Virus record (IMG/VR): IMGVR_UViG_3300026522_000958
Strand: one strand, 5' to 3'
Source of the DNA: an uncultured virus (IMG/VR IMGVR_UViG_3300026522_000958)
Taxonomy: Duplodnaviria; Heunggongvirae; Uroviricota; Caudoviricetes
Length of the DNA: 64,000 nucleotides
This document shows positions 9,766 through 19,817 of the stretch, piece by piece. Both the position numbers and the translations under genes were made by a program. Position 1 is the first letter of the stretch. Every line of letters begins with the position of its first letter. The notes under the pieces were generated by a model. That model was not told the DNA's origin. It did no database searches and saw only the letters and a program-made list of their open reading frames with translations.

Positions 9766-10383
9766 TCACCTGCCGCTTCCGGCATCCCCTTTTTCACCTT
9801 TATTCCTGTCCTTATCTTTATTTCTTCTCCGACGCCGTCTGTTTCCGTTCTGCTTTTTCTTTTTGCTGTCATCCGGACCGTCCTTCTCATCTGTATCTTC
9901 GATGGAAGCCATATCTTCTTCTATAGACGGAAATGCTCCCGGTTCGTCATCTTTCCTGTTCTGACCGCTGCCCTCCTTTACAGCCTCTTTATCTTTATCT
10001 TCCTCTTTTCCGGGCAGGGTTATTGTCTCCCCGAATCTTTCGCTCATGATCTTAACCGCCCATGCTGCACGGACTTCATCTTCACATCGTTCTACGTCTT
10101 CATCATTTATCAGATGGTATATGCTCTCTGCTGTCTTGATGACATATTCCACTCCGTTTTTTTTGAGTGTCCCTGCGGAACTGTGGATATATCCCTTTGA
10201 GAGCGGATTCTCATATGGGTACAGGAAGAAGAGCTTTTTATCTGTATCCGCTGATGAATGCAGGATCACCACAAGCCCCTGTTTGTTCTCGAAGCATTCG
10301 CGGAAGTTGCTGTCCGCATATCTGGATCCGTCTGCCTTTACGACCTTTGCCAGATGGCCGAAAAAATATTCGTCTACCTTCAT
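9766..10383 (-). CDS. hypothetical protein with a charged low-complexity tail
   Basis: GGAGG RBS; 205 aa; co-directional with neighbours. Confidence 0.65.
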   Translation of the reverse strand: MKVDEYFFGHLAKVVKADGSRYADSNFRECFENKQGLVVILHSSADTDKKLFFLYPYENPLSKGYIHSSAGTLKKNGVEYVIKTAESIYHLINDEDVERCEDEVRAAWAVKIMSERFGETITLPGKEEDKDKEAVKEGSGQNRKDDEPGAFPSIEEDMASIEDTDEKDGPDDSKKKKQNGNRRRRRRNKDKDRNKGEKGDAGSGR

Positions 10384-10393
10384 ATACCCTCCT

Positions 10394-11974
10394 TTACATC
10401 AGCATCCCCGCTGCCGGCTTACTCTTCTTATTCCCGAAATCAGGCATCGCGCTGCCAAAAGATGGAAGGGTCGGCTTCTGTGAAACGGCATCATTCCTCT
10501 TCTGAAGCGGTGTATTATCCTGTGACGTATCAAATGCAGGAAGTGAAGGATGTACATGGCTGTCTGTATCAGTCTCTGTCTGTGTGTCCTTTACAGGTTG
10601 CAGCGGGGGCTGATCAGCCGGATGTGGTACGGCCTGAGCCTGGTCCGCAGCCATTGTCATAACCGGCTTTGTTATGGCAGGGTCTGTCATCGATGCTGCA
10701 TCAGGCATATCATACTGATGTGCCCCGATATTTGAGAACATGTCCGATGGATGTGTGTCTGCATTCTGTTCTGCTTCTTTCTTTTTTCTCATGCTTTCTT
10801 CCCTCTGCTTTAAGATTTCTTCTTTTCTGCGGGCATACTCTGCTTCTGCTTCAGGAGGTACTGTATGAAGGGCCTCTTTTATCCCGGTGTTGTAATCCGT
10901 AAAGTGTTCCTGTTCTATCTGTGAGAATCCTGTCTCTTCTCCTTCAGGCGTATCGTTGATATTGCCTTCATAATATTCATCATCCGTATAGTCGTCGGCA
11001 TATTCGTTCAGGGCTTCTTCCAGATGGTCGTTTTCCCTTATACGCTGTTCTTTTTTCTTCCTCTTTTCCTTTCTCTTCTTTTCTTTTTCCCTGGCAGCTT
11101 CTTTCCTTGCCTGATCTTTTTTATATATGGAAAATCCGATAAAGAATGCGATCACGATAAACACGGGCCAGATCATCTTCAGAAGATTCATTATTTTCTG
11201 TTCTGTTGTGAGCTGTTTCGGCTTCTGGGCCTGTACACTGCCTGCGTTCTGTGTTGTATCTGCCTGTACCGTTGTTGCAACGTCATTCTGCCCTACGGGG
11301 GATGACGATGCAGAGTACCACATGACTACTGTATCAGCAAGCACCTGCTGTTTTGTTTCTTCACCGTCCACTATCGTATCCCAGTCATCCGGTACTTCAG
11401 TCTGTGCAAAGATCACTGTGGTGTCATCTGCACCTCTTGTTATCTCGCCTTCTACCGATGTGAGTCCGCTGTATTTTGACGGGTCAAAGTAAACCGCGTA
11501 CATGGACATAGTCATCTGTTTCCCTGAAGCGGTTGCCACTTCCACGTCCTGTCCCTGTTTTACTGCAACGATAGGCGATCCTTCCGGCTGTGTCTGTCCG
11601 TATGCAGCCTGGTACAGGTTGTTGTCGCCGTTTAACTTGAAATTTATCACCGGAGCCTCTCCGGTACTGTTATAAAGTATTTCAAATCTTGAAAGCGATG
11701 TCAGTGTCTGTGGGGACAGTTCTAGCGTTCCCTGTCCGTTTGCTGCGAGGTTTAATGACTGCAGTGTATATGTCGGCGGGTTCTGTGTCTCTGAAGATTC
11801 TGTCTCTGTTTCTGTCTGTGCATCAAATGATGTCGCGGGGGTGGATGCGGTGTCATCTGATGCTGATATGGTCGTAGTATCCGGTGCGGGGAGTTCTGAC
11901 GCGTATATCCCCAACGGCGATACAAGTACTGATATCATAGTCATGGCTGCTGCTGCATACAGTATCTTTTTCAT
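10394..11974 (-). CDS. single-pass membrane protein (signal peptide, extracellular domain, TM, cytoplasmic tail)
   Basis: MKKILYAAAAM signal peptide; TM MIWPVFIVIAFFIGFSIY followed by a basic stretch. Confidence 0.75.
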   Translation of the reverse strand: MKKILYAAAAMTMISVLVSPLGIYASELPAPDTTTISASDDTASTPATSFDAQTETETESSETQNPPTYTLQSLNLAANGQGTLELSPQTLTSLSRFEILYNSTGEAPVINFKLNGDNNLYQAAYGQTQPEGSPIVAVKQGQDVEVATASGKQMTMSMYAVYFDPSKYSGLTSVEGEITRGADDTTVIFAQTEVPDDWDTIVDGEETKQQVLADTVVMWYSASSSPVGQNDVATTVQADTTQNAGSVQAQKPKQLTTEQKIMNLLKMIWPVFIVIAFFIGFSIYKKDQARKEAAREKEKKRKEKRKKKEQRIRENDHLEEALNEYADDYTDDEYYEGNINDTPEGEETGFSQIEQEHFTDYNTGIKEALHTVPPEAEAEYARRKEEILKQREESMRKKKEAEQNADTHPSDMFSNIGAHQYDMPDAASMTDPAITKPVMTMAADQAQAVPHPADQPPLQPVKDTQTETDTDSHVHPSLPAFDTSQDNTPLQKRNDAVSQKPTLPSFGSAMPDFGNKKSKPAAGMLM

Positions 11975-12160
11975 ATATGGAAATTCCTCCTGTGTGACGT
12001 CCGGGCTGTATCCCGGTCTCTGTTAAGACTTGGGATACTGTTTGCACTGCTTCGGGCGCAGCACCCCGTTTTCCATATATGGGGATCATCTGCCATGACG
12101 GACGGCAAAAAAGAACAACCCCGTAAGGCTGTTCTCTGTCTCTGTCTTTATAGCATCCCG

Positions 12161-14290
12161 TCAATATCTTGCGTTCTTCTTTTTCATCTTCTTTGTGATG
12201 CTTTCCGGCATGCGGTAGCTTATCACGCCTTCCTTTATCATCTTCTGGGAATATTTCTCAGCCTTCTCGTCTCTTGCGAGTCTGCTCACCGGCTTCATGT
12301 CGTCACCTGTCACTCTGATGTGGTAATACCCGCTCTTGATGTTCGTCATGATATAGTTGTTGTTGTTCTCATCCGGCTGGTACTTGTACCAGAACGAGTC
12401 TGTCTGGAAAACGTCGTCCGTCTGAACATATCTGGTATACATCCACAGGTCATCCCTTTCAGGAAGGTTCGAGTCATATACATGGAAGTCCATTCTTCCG
12501 TCCTTATAGTCCTTGTAGCCTATGAGGAGTATCACATGACCTTTCTGTCCGTTCCTGTATTCCTTTGTTGAGGAATATTCAGTGCCGAGGGTTGATCCGA
12601 ACTCTACGACCTTTCCTTCATCTATCCTCTTCTTTGCGTATGTTATGACTGAATCATAGTCATACGGCGTTGCGCTGAATTTGTATCCGGCAGTTTCTCC
12701 GGATATGGCCTTTGAGTATGACCATGTGCTGTTTTTCTCTACCGAGTTATTCCACTTCGCCCAGTATATGGTCATCATGTTGGAAAATGACCTGTCGTCC
12801 GTATCAAGATCTTTATCGAAAATACCGGTCTTTCCCGTATGCCTGTCGATATACTCCTTATCCTGAAATGTCCCGATCTTTCCTTTTGTCCTGATGTTTG
12901 TAAATGTCCTGCCGGAGATATCCCACGGGGTATCTTCTTTTCTGTCAGACCACTTTCCGTCTCCTGTAAACGCAGGCGCGCTTCCCTTGTCATACAGGTA
13001 CATCGTATAGTATGAGATCCCGGCACATACACCTCCCGGGCTTATCTCTGTTCCGAAGTTTCCGAACGGGAGCGAGTCCTTTCCGATCTCAAATCCGCTT
13101 GATACGGTATCGCTGTTGATGTCCTTCTTATCATCTGCCGAAAGTTCTTTCGAGGCATTCGTATATCTGTCGAAATAGAAGAAAAGCTTCCACGGGCTGT
13201 CCTTGTCTCTTTTACCGTTGCACATCGGAAGGACGGTATCGAAAAACTTATACATGGCGTTTATCTGCCCTTCCTTCGCGGGCTTTATCTTATCAGACGT
13301 AGTATCCATGTCTGCTGTCTCTGCTTTTACAGCCTGCTTTACGAGTGTCTTCTTCTCTATGCCCTCGTCCTTGCTCGAATCCTGTTCGAGATACCTTACG
13401 TTAAGTTCTCCCGAGATCACATGGAGAAGAGGCGATCCGTATACGATGCCGTCAAGCTGTGTACCGGCTCCGCCATCGAATGTAGAACCGTAAGTGAAGC
13501 CTTTTGATACAGGAAGGGGAGAGAGTGTCTTATTGGTCACATATATACTGTAGATCTTAGTACGGTCAAAATCATATTTAAGTTCTGCTTTGTCAGCGCT
13601 GTGTATGGTGAATCTTACAGGCTTTGCATTCCCTTTGTTTGCTTCCCCGATATAGATCTTTACATCCGAATCCTTTACGTTGTCGTATTTCTTTAAGGCC
13701 TTTGAAAGATCGACCTTTACGGCTACTCCACAGTCTGAGATAAGGTACTCCTTATAGATCTTATGCCCTTTCAGCACATCCATGCCTGTCACGTCATCTG
13801 CTTTTGAGAAGCGGTCATCAGCAGTTTTTCCTTCGAATATCACGGCATTCTTCGTGTTGTTCCCGTAGTATACCGGACTGCCCTTGTATGAAGTCTTTTT
13901 TTCCAGGTCGAGGCCTTTTTCTACCTTTTCGCTGTCCGTATACATATCTCCTGCTGTTGATGCCTTCAGCGGATCTGAATGGTATACTTCTATCTCCTGT
14001 CTGTCAGTCAGACCGTCATGATCCGTGTCGGACCCGTCCATAGGGATGAGGCCCTTTTTGTACTTGTCGTACATACTCATGCCCTTTATATCAGACTTTT
14101 TCCCTGAGAGGGCTTCCTTTATGTCCTTTTCAGATCTGTACGACGGGTCGTCATATCCTTCGAGGACTTTGCCGGTCTTGTTCCTCCCGTCAGTTATCAT
14201 GGCAGCTATCCTGCCTGCTGCGAGCAGCCCTATGATGAGGAGGATTATGATCAGTATTATCTTTCTTCTTCTTTTTGCCTTCATGTGCAT
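12161..14290 (-). CDS. membrane-anchored protein with Ca-binding DxDxDG-like repeat and a putative papain-like cysteine peptidase domain
   Basis: N-terminal TM after KRRRK; SDTDHDGLTD; GVCAGIS ... GHVILLIGY ... VYDSN suggests a Cys-His-Asp triad; start placed at 14290 by the AGAGG RBS. Confidence 0.6.
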   Translation of the reverse strand: MHMKAKRRRKIILIIILLIIGLLAAGRIAAMITDGRNKTGKVLEGYDDPSYRSEKDIKEALSGKKSDIKGMSMYDKYKKGLIPMDGSDTDHDGLTDRQEIEVYHSDPLKASTAGDMYTDSEKVEKGLDLEKKTSYKGSPVYYGNNTKNAVIFEGKTADDRFSKADDVTGMDVLKGHKIYKEYLISDCGVAVKVDLSKALKKYDNVKDSDVKIYIGEANKGNAKPVRFTIHSADKAELKYDFDRTKIYSIYVTNKTLSPLPVSKGFTYGSTFDGGAGTQLDGIVYGSPLLHVISGELNVRYLEQDSSKDEGIEKKTLVKQAVKAETADMDTTSDKIKPAKEGQINAMYKFFDTVLPMCNGKRDKDSPWKLFFYFDRYTNASKELSADDKKDINSDTVSSGFEIGKDSLPFGNFGTEISPGGVCAGISYYTMYLYDKGSAPAFTGDGKWSDRKEDTPWDISGRTFTNIRTKGKIGTFQDKEYIDRHTGKTGIFDKDLDTDDRSFSNMMTIYWAKWNNSVEKNSTWSYSKAISGETAGYKFSATPYDYDSVITYAKKRIDEGKVVEFGSTLGTEYSSTKEYRNGQKGHVILLIGYKDYKDGRMDFHVYDSNLPERDDLWMYTRYVQTDDVFQTDSFWYKYQPDENNNNYIMTNIKSGYYHIRVTGDDMKPVSRLARDEKAEKYSQKMIKEGVISYRMPESITKKMKKKNARY

Positions 14291-14485
14291 ATACCTCTTT
14301 CGTGATGAATTATAACAGAATGTATGGGATCTGTCATTCCTTTTCCTCTGTACTCTATAGATATGGCAGATTACAGAGGTATGTTTTTTCATATATGAGA
14401 AATTGTTGTGGCGCTTCATTTTCCATATATGAAAATCGGGGGTAACTGATGTCTGATGTATTGGCAGGGGCAGGAAAATAACTAC

Positions 14486-14515
14486 AAAAAAGGAAGCCCC
14501 GATCTGAGGCTTCCT
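14486..14515 (-). terminator. intrinsic terminator of the DGR target gene
   Basis: GGAAGCC...GGCTTCC stem followed by a T-run on the minus strand. Confidence 0.7.
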
Positions 14516-14564
14516 CATGCCGGCTGTGCCGGTCTGTTTACTTATCTGTCAGATGTCTGCTGGA

Positions 14565-17500
14565 TCACTCATCGTCATCCGTATCGTCATCGTCGTCATC
14601 ATCGTCGATGTCATCATCGTCGATGTCGGCATCATAGTCGTTGGCTGATGCTGACTGCGGTTTCTTTGCCTTTACCATGTAAAGACCGCCGAGTGCTGCA
14701 AGTCCTGCGGCTGCCGCAACGAGGATGTAGATCCATGATGTGTTCTTTGGTTTCTTGTTTGAACCGTCATTTACTGTTCCTTCCGAGCCGCTTCCAAGGG
14801 AGTTGTCTCCATTGCCCGGTGTTGCAGTCGGATCCGTACCCTGGTCTCCTGATGAAGAAGATGTGCTGGTACTTGATGAAGATGCATCCGGCAGGTCGTT
14901 ATCGGAGCTGCTCTGTGTATCAGCGTCAGGTGTCGTTATCGTACCCTTGTTGTCCGTATCCGTCGGGGTTCCGCCCTGGTTGCCAAGGCTTACGCTTCCG
15001 TGGCTCTGGCTGTCATCTTTCTTGTCTGAGTCATTACTCTTTGAAGTATCTGTGACAGGTACGGTCTTTGTTACTGTCTGTACCTTTGTTACAGGCACTT
15101 CCTTGGTCACGGTTTTAACCTTAGTGACCGGTACCTGCTCTGTTACGGTCTGTACCTTTGTTACAGGTACTTTCTTTGTTATGGTCTTTGTTTTGCCGCT
15201 GTTCTTCCTGGCAGCTGAGAGCTGTTTCTTCAGGCTGCTGTTCGAAGACTTCAGTGACTTGTTTGTCTTGGCAAGAGAGCTGTTCTTCTCTGTCAGGCTC
15301 TCATTTGTTTCTGCGAGAGAACTGTTCTGCTCTGTCAGCTTGTCGTTTGTATCGCTTAGTGACTTGTTCTTGCTCGTAAGTGTTGCATTCTCAGTTGTGA
15401 GGCTTGCGATCTTTGCAGTATCCTCGGCTGATGTTCCGTTGCTCTTTGCGGCTGTATTGTACAGATCCTTGTAGGTGTCTGCCTGCGCCTTGTAAGTATC
15501 GGCCTGGGTCTGTGCAGCTGCGAGCTGTGCCCTGAGCGTTGTCACATCTGCTGTATCAGATGAGCTTCCGCCGTTATTACCGCTGCCATTGATCTTGCTC
15601 TGCAGTTCCGTGTTCTGTTTTGTGAGCTCTGCGATCTTATCGTTAAGGCTCTTTCTCTCGGTATCGGTGAGCGGGCTTCCGGATCCGTCAATCTTGTCAG
15701 ATACGGTCTTTGCGAATGCGTCAGGATCGCTTGCTACTGTTGTAGGATCAACTCCTGCCTTTTCGGCAATGGTCGTGATCGCTTTCTTGTCAGCCACGTA
15801 CTCGTTAGCCATTGTCGAAAGCGCCTCCTTGACCTCTGCTGCGCTCTTGCCCTTTACATCGATACCTGCAATGGATGCTACAGTATCGGCCACGTCCTTA
15901 TACTGTGATACCTGTGCGCCGAGAGAAGCCACATTGCCCTGGAGTTCTGTCAGCTTGTCGCCCTGCTCTTTGTTAGTCTTTGTAAGAAACTCGACCCGGG
16001 TATCAAGGGTATCTACCTGTTTCTGAAGGGCTGCCTGCTTTTCTTCAGCAGTAGCATTAGCATCGTTTAAGGTCTTATCGGCTTCTTCCTTTGCTTTCTT
16101 TGCTGCCTCGAGCTGTGACTGGATCTCAGCCTGCTGTTTCTGGGCTTCTTCGAGGTTCTCCTGGGCTTCTGCTGCACTCTTGTCGGTCTGATCCTTAAGA
16201 GCTTTGTAGTTCGCTTCAGCTGCGGCTGTCTTCTGCTTCTGCTCTGCGAGCTGGGCCTCTAAGGTATCGATCACATTTGAACCGTCAAGAGTCTTTAATT
16301 CATCCTCTGTAAGAGCCGGCTTGTCGTTTACCTTTACGGTAATGCTATCGCCTGAGTTCGGAGTCTTATCTCCTGTAGTGATACCGTCTACAACCTTGCC
16401 GTCCTTCGAGCCTTCATGCCACTTGCCGTCATCACCATATACATAGGTGCCTGCCGGCACATCATTTGTAACGGTCACATCACCTGTCGTGATGGTATCT
16501 GACTTTACATCACTTGCTACAGGACCTTTGCCGGCCTGGAGCTTTTCTATGACTGACTGGTACTGGCTTAACAGTGATGCATAGTCATCTGACTGTTTCT
16601 TTAGGGTCGTGATCTGTGCTTTCAGTGCTGCTACGTCGGTATCATCAGATACGCCGATCTGTGCCTTGAGGTCTTTGATCTGCTTTTCAAGGTCTGCTTT
16701 CTGGCTTTCAAGAGTCTCAACTGCACCAGACACATCGACATTTCCGTTATCATCGGTCTTCGGAGTGATGCCTGCTTCTGACAGCTTTTTGTTGATCGCG
16801 TCAAGCTGTGTCTGGAGCTTTGTTGCCTCAGCTTCCTTTGCCGTAAGGTCTGCCTGCAGCTTATCGTTTTTAGCCTGTGCATCAGATATGGCCTGTGTGA
16901 TCTTACTGAAATCACCGCCGTATACATCATTGAACAGATTGAACTCACTGTACTGCTTTACGGGGATCGTTACCTCGCATGTATATGTAAGCATTGATGC
17001 CGAATCATCCTGGTTCTGCTTTGCAAGATAGTAAGTTTTTCCGTCAGCCGTTATCGACTGAAGGACTACTACTGTCACGGTTACAGCCCCATTCTTTACG
17101 TCGGTATCGTTTACCTGTACACCGTCTTCATCCTTATAGAAGGCAAGCATCTTTTCGGTTTCGGCATCCTTTATGGTGTTGATGTTGCCTTCTGTCGTGT
17201 AGTTGGCAAAAGTCTTACCCTTTACCTCATCATCGTACTTCTGGCTTCTCATCACATAAAAATCTGATGACTTGTATGTGCCTTTTGCGTCAGCTCCATA
17301 GAGCTTGCGGACTGTCATGTTGTCCTTGTTTAAGGTAGATGCGTCTTTTGTCGCATTTGCTCCGCCAAGAAGAGTTGTACTGTATGATGCTTCGATGCCG
17401 GTCTGGTCATAGACATCGCCATCACCAAGGCCTTCCATTCCTTTGGTCGTTGTAGCGATATGCGTCGTTTCTGAAGATGCCTCGCCTTTTGAAAAAGAAT

Positions 17501-19700
17501 TGTTCGCTCCATTGTTGAAAGCATATACAGGACCAGAACCATTATTGAAAACCTGATCAGACTGAAGCCCCCAAACGTTAAGCTTGCCTGCGATACCGAA
17601 TGGAGAATAATATATACTGCCGTCCTGCTTGCAGTTAAAGATCGTGTCCTTGCCTAATGCGTAGGTGGTACGGTCTGCGACGGTCCCATTCGCTTCTGCC
17701 TGCTTTCCTGTCCATAAGGCATTTACCTGCTTTACATCTTCACCAAATATTACCCTTGACAGGTTTGGTGTATCGACGAAAGTATTGTCAGGTACTGTCG
17801 TGGCATCGATCTTGAGCTCAGTCAGCTGTTCGTTCTTTGAAAAAGCGTTGCTGTCAGCTTCCATCGTGGTGCCGGCAGGAATGTTGAGCTTCTGAATAGC
17901 ATCATTGTAGAATGCCTTTGTACCAATCTTTGTGCCGTTGCCTCTTAAGGTAACAGTCGTAAGTGTCGGGATGTTTGCAAATGCCGATTCGCCGATCGTA
18001 AGTTTACTTGCATCATCAAACTTTACTTCAGTAATGGTTGATCCATCAAAAGCGTGTTCTTCGATATTCTGTACAGTTGATGGAATCTCGACTTTTGCAG
18101 AAGCAGTATTTCCTGCAAAAGCGTAACCTCTGATAGCCTTTACAGAAGCCGGAATATAGATATTCTTCCATACAGTAGAGCCAGTAGCACCGTCTTTATC
18201 ATTAAGGAAGTTATGCTTTGATGAATCAGTACCGATACCTGCTACAGTAACACCATTGATCGTCGAAGGCACGTTTAGCGTCTTTGAAGAATCATTGGTT
18301 ACGAGTTTACCGATATTGGCACTTGATGCGTACAGATATCCGATCTGACCTGCGTCGTTATACAGGAAGTGCCACTCGATACCATTGCCATCATTTACAA
18401 CATAGTACCCTTCACTATCCTGTTTGATGTCCGTATTCGCAAGGATGCTTACATCCTTTGTCGTGCTGTAAGACCCGATGCTGAAGGTGATCTTATCTGT
18501 TATCGGTCTTGCTGTTCCAGGTACCTTGAACTTATCGCCATCGATATAGCCAAGCGAATCAGTTATCTTCATACCATCAATCGAGCTTGATGCGATATCT
18601 GAAAGGTCATATGTCTTTCCTGATGCAATATCGTCTGTTGTGACTGTAGTTGCCGAATCAGGGAGTCCTTTGACCGTAAGTTTTAATACCTTTGGTTTAA
18701 AGGATGGGTTATCGGCCGATGATACCGTAAGCGTATCAATATGGTCTTCTTTGGTGACAGCTGGTTTATAGTCCGTGCCTTCATTTACTATATAACCAAA
18801 ATCCGATTTGACCGTATACCTGTCAGTCGTACCCGTGACCTCGTTCGTGACATTTGCAGGCGCCACTATATCCTTTACCGCCGTGGTTTCCCAGCAATTC
18901 ACTGATTCTTTAGATAGGGTTGCCGTGATCGTAGTCTTATCAGCTCCGCTTATGTTAATCTGGGTCCCACTTGTGAGAGTTAATGGATTTTTTAGATTAA
19001 AAGCGGGAGCCACCGCATACGAGCCGCCGCGGCTGTCGCAGTAGCTGATGATGTTGACACCGCCCGCATAGACAAAGTAGGCGCAGTTCGTGCCGCCTGG
19101 CGACCCGAGCCACACATAGGAGCTGCCGGCGCGGTATACGCTCTGTGCCTGCCCTGCAAGTGTCTTATACAGGTTCAGCACCGGTGTACCGCCCTGTATA
19201 TTGCTATCAGATGTGCCTGTCGGTAGATATAATGTCCCGCTCAGCTCATTCCCGAGATATGTCACAAGTCTCTGGGTGTATTCATCATAGCTATTGATGT
19301 TTGTTGCATTATCTGATGTAGATCCATTATAATCAGATGCATAGTTTGATGAACTTGATGCCGCACCATTTTTTGTGCCAGCCCACGGACCCGCTGTAAG
19401 TCCGGTCGAGACGAACATCGATGTTCCATCGTCGTTATTCTTTACGCAGAGAGCCTGCATGTCTTTGCCGGCATTTGTTTTCATGCCATAAAAAGTGTAA
19501 GTCTGACCGGCTTCGAATGAATAACTGCCGCTTTTGCCCAGTACCGAGCTTGTCGTTGCGGCTTTTGCTGTTTCCTGTTTTGTCGGTACGAGCACATCAG
19601 CTATCCCGGCAGCGCCTAATACCATGCTTGCCGAAAGAGCGGCTGCAAGTACCGCATTGAGTGCCTTTTTACCTTTCGACACTCTTCTTTTAATCTTCAT
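14565..19700 (-). CDS. DGR target: 1711-aa cell-surface protein (signal peptide, variable CLec-like domain, BspA-type LRRs, coiled-coil stalk, C-terminal TM, Asp-rich tail)
   Basis: contains the VR; IPASVKAIRGYAF / IPSTVQNIEEHAF / LTIGESAF LRR_5-like repeats; heptad-rich stalk; TM WIYILVAAAAGLAALGGLYMV then KAKK. Confidence 0.9.
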   Translation of the reverse strand: MKIKRRVSKGKKALNAVLAAALSASMVLGAAGIADVLVPTKQETAKAATTSSVLGKSGSYSFEAGQTYTFYGMKTNAGKDMQALCVKNNDDGTSMFVSTGLTAGPWAGTKNGAASSSSNYASDYNGSTSDNATNINSYDEYTQRLVTYLGNELSGTLYLPTGTSDSNIQGGTPVLNLYKTLAGQAQSVYRAGSSYVWLGSPGGTNCAYFVYAGGVNIISYCDSRGGSYAVAPAFNLKNPLTLTSGTQINISGADKTTITATLSKESVNCWETTAVKDIVAPANVTNEVTGTTDRYTVKSDFGYIVNEGTDYKPAVTKEDHIDTLTVSSADNPSFKPKVLKLTVKGLPDSATTVTTDDIASGKTYDLSDIASSSIDGMKITDSLGYIDGDKFKVPGTARPITDKITFSIGSYSTTKDVSILANTDIKQDSEGYYVVNDGNGIEWHFLYNDAGQIGYLYASSANIGKLVTNDSSKTLNVPSTINGVTVAGIGTDSSKHNFLNDKDGATGSTVWKNIYIPASVKAIRGYAFAGNTASAKVEIPSTVQNIEEHAFDGSTITEVKFDDASKLTIGESAFANIPTLTTVTLRGNGTKIGTKAFYNDAIQKLNIPAGTTMEADSNAFSKNEQLTELKIDATTVPDNTFVDTPNLSRVIFGEDVKQVNALWTGKQAEANGTVADRTTYALGKDTIFNCKQDGSIYYSPFGIAGKLNVWGLQSDQVFNNGSGPVYAFNNGANNSFSKGEASSETTHIATTTKGMEGLGDGDVYDQTGIEASYSTTLLGGANATKDASTLNKDNMTVRKLYGADAKGTYKSSDFYVMRSQKYDDEVKGKTFANYTTEGNINTIKDAETEKMLAFYKDEDGVQVNDTDVKNGAVTVTVVVLQSITADGKTYYLAKQNQDDSASMLTYTCEVTIPVKQYSEFNLFNDVYGGDFSKITQAISDAQAKNDKLQADLTAKEAEATKLQTQLDAINKKLSEAGITPKTDDNGNVDVSGAVETLESQKADLEKQIKDLKAQIGVSDDTDVAALKAQITTLKKQSDDYASLLSQYQSVIEKLQAGKGPVASDVKSDTITTGDVTVTNDVPAGTYVYGDDGKWHEGSKDGKVVDGITTGDKTPNSGDSITVKVNDKPALTEDELKTLDGSNVIDTLEAQLAEQKQKTAAAEANYKALKDQTDKSAAEAQENLEEAQKQQAEIQSQLEAAKKAKEEADKTLNDANATAEEKQAALQKQVDTLDTRVEFLTKTNKEQGDKLTELQGNVASLGAQVSQYKDVADTVASIAGIDVKGKSAAEVKEALSTMANEYVADKKAITTIAEKAGVDPTTVASDPDAFAKTVSDKIDGSGSPLTDTERKSLNDKIAELTKQNTELQSKINGSGNNGGSSSDTADVTTLRAQLAAAQTQADTYKAQADTYKDLYNTAAKSNGTSAEDTAKIASLTTENATLTSKNKSLSDTNDKLTEQNSSLAETNESLTEKNSSLAKTNKSLKSSNSSLKKQLSAARKNSGKTKTITKKVPVTKVQTVTEQVPVTKVKTVTKEVPVTKVQTVTKTVPVTDTSKSNDSDKKDDSQSHGSVSLGNQGGTPTDTDNKGTITTPDADTQSSSDNDLPDASSSSTSTSSSSGDQGTDPTATPGNGDNSLGSGSEGTVNDGSNKKPKNTSWIYILVAAAAGLAALGGLYMVKAKKPQSASANDYDADIDDDDIDDDDDDDDTDDDE
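15050..15370 (-). repeat. intragenic tandem repeats in the target stalk
   Basis: VPVTKV(Q/K)TVT 12-aa units and LxExNxS 7-aa units. Confidence 0.75.
18998..19132 (-). repeat. DGR variable repeat (VR)
   Basis: aligns to 21392..21521 with 22 substitutions, all at TR adenines, plus 6 extra nt and a 1-nt indel at the 3' end. Confidence 0.95.
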
Positions 19701-19817
19701 AAGCTTTTTCCTTTCTGCCTCATAAGAGACGGCTGAATTAAATCACTCTGTTTTATGTAAAAAGGCGTAAGCCTGTGCCTACTCCAGGCTGCCTTCTTTT
19801 TTGTACTCATGTACGAT

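Noticed and set aside
14565..15000. Sortase LPxTG anchor in the DGR target
   Set aside because: No LPxTG precedes the TM helix; anchoring appears to be by the TM segment.
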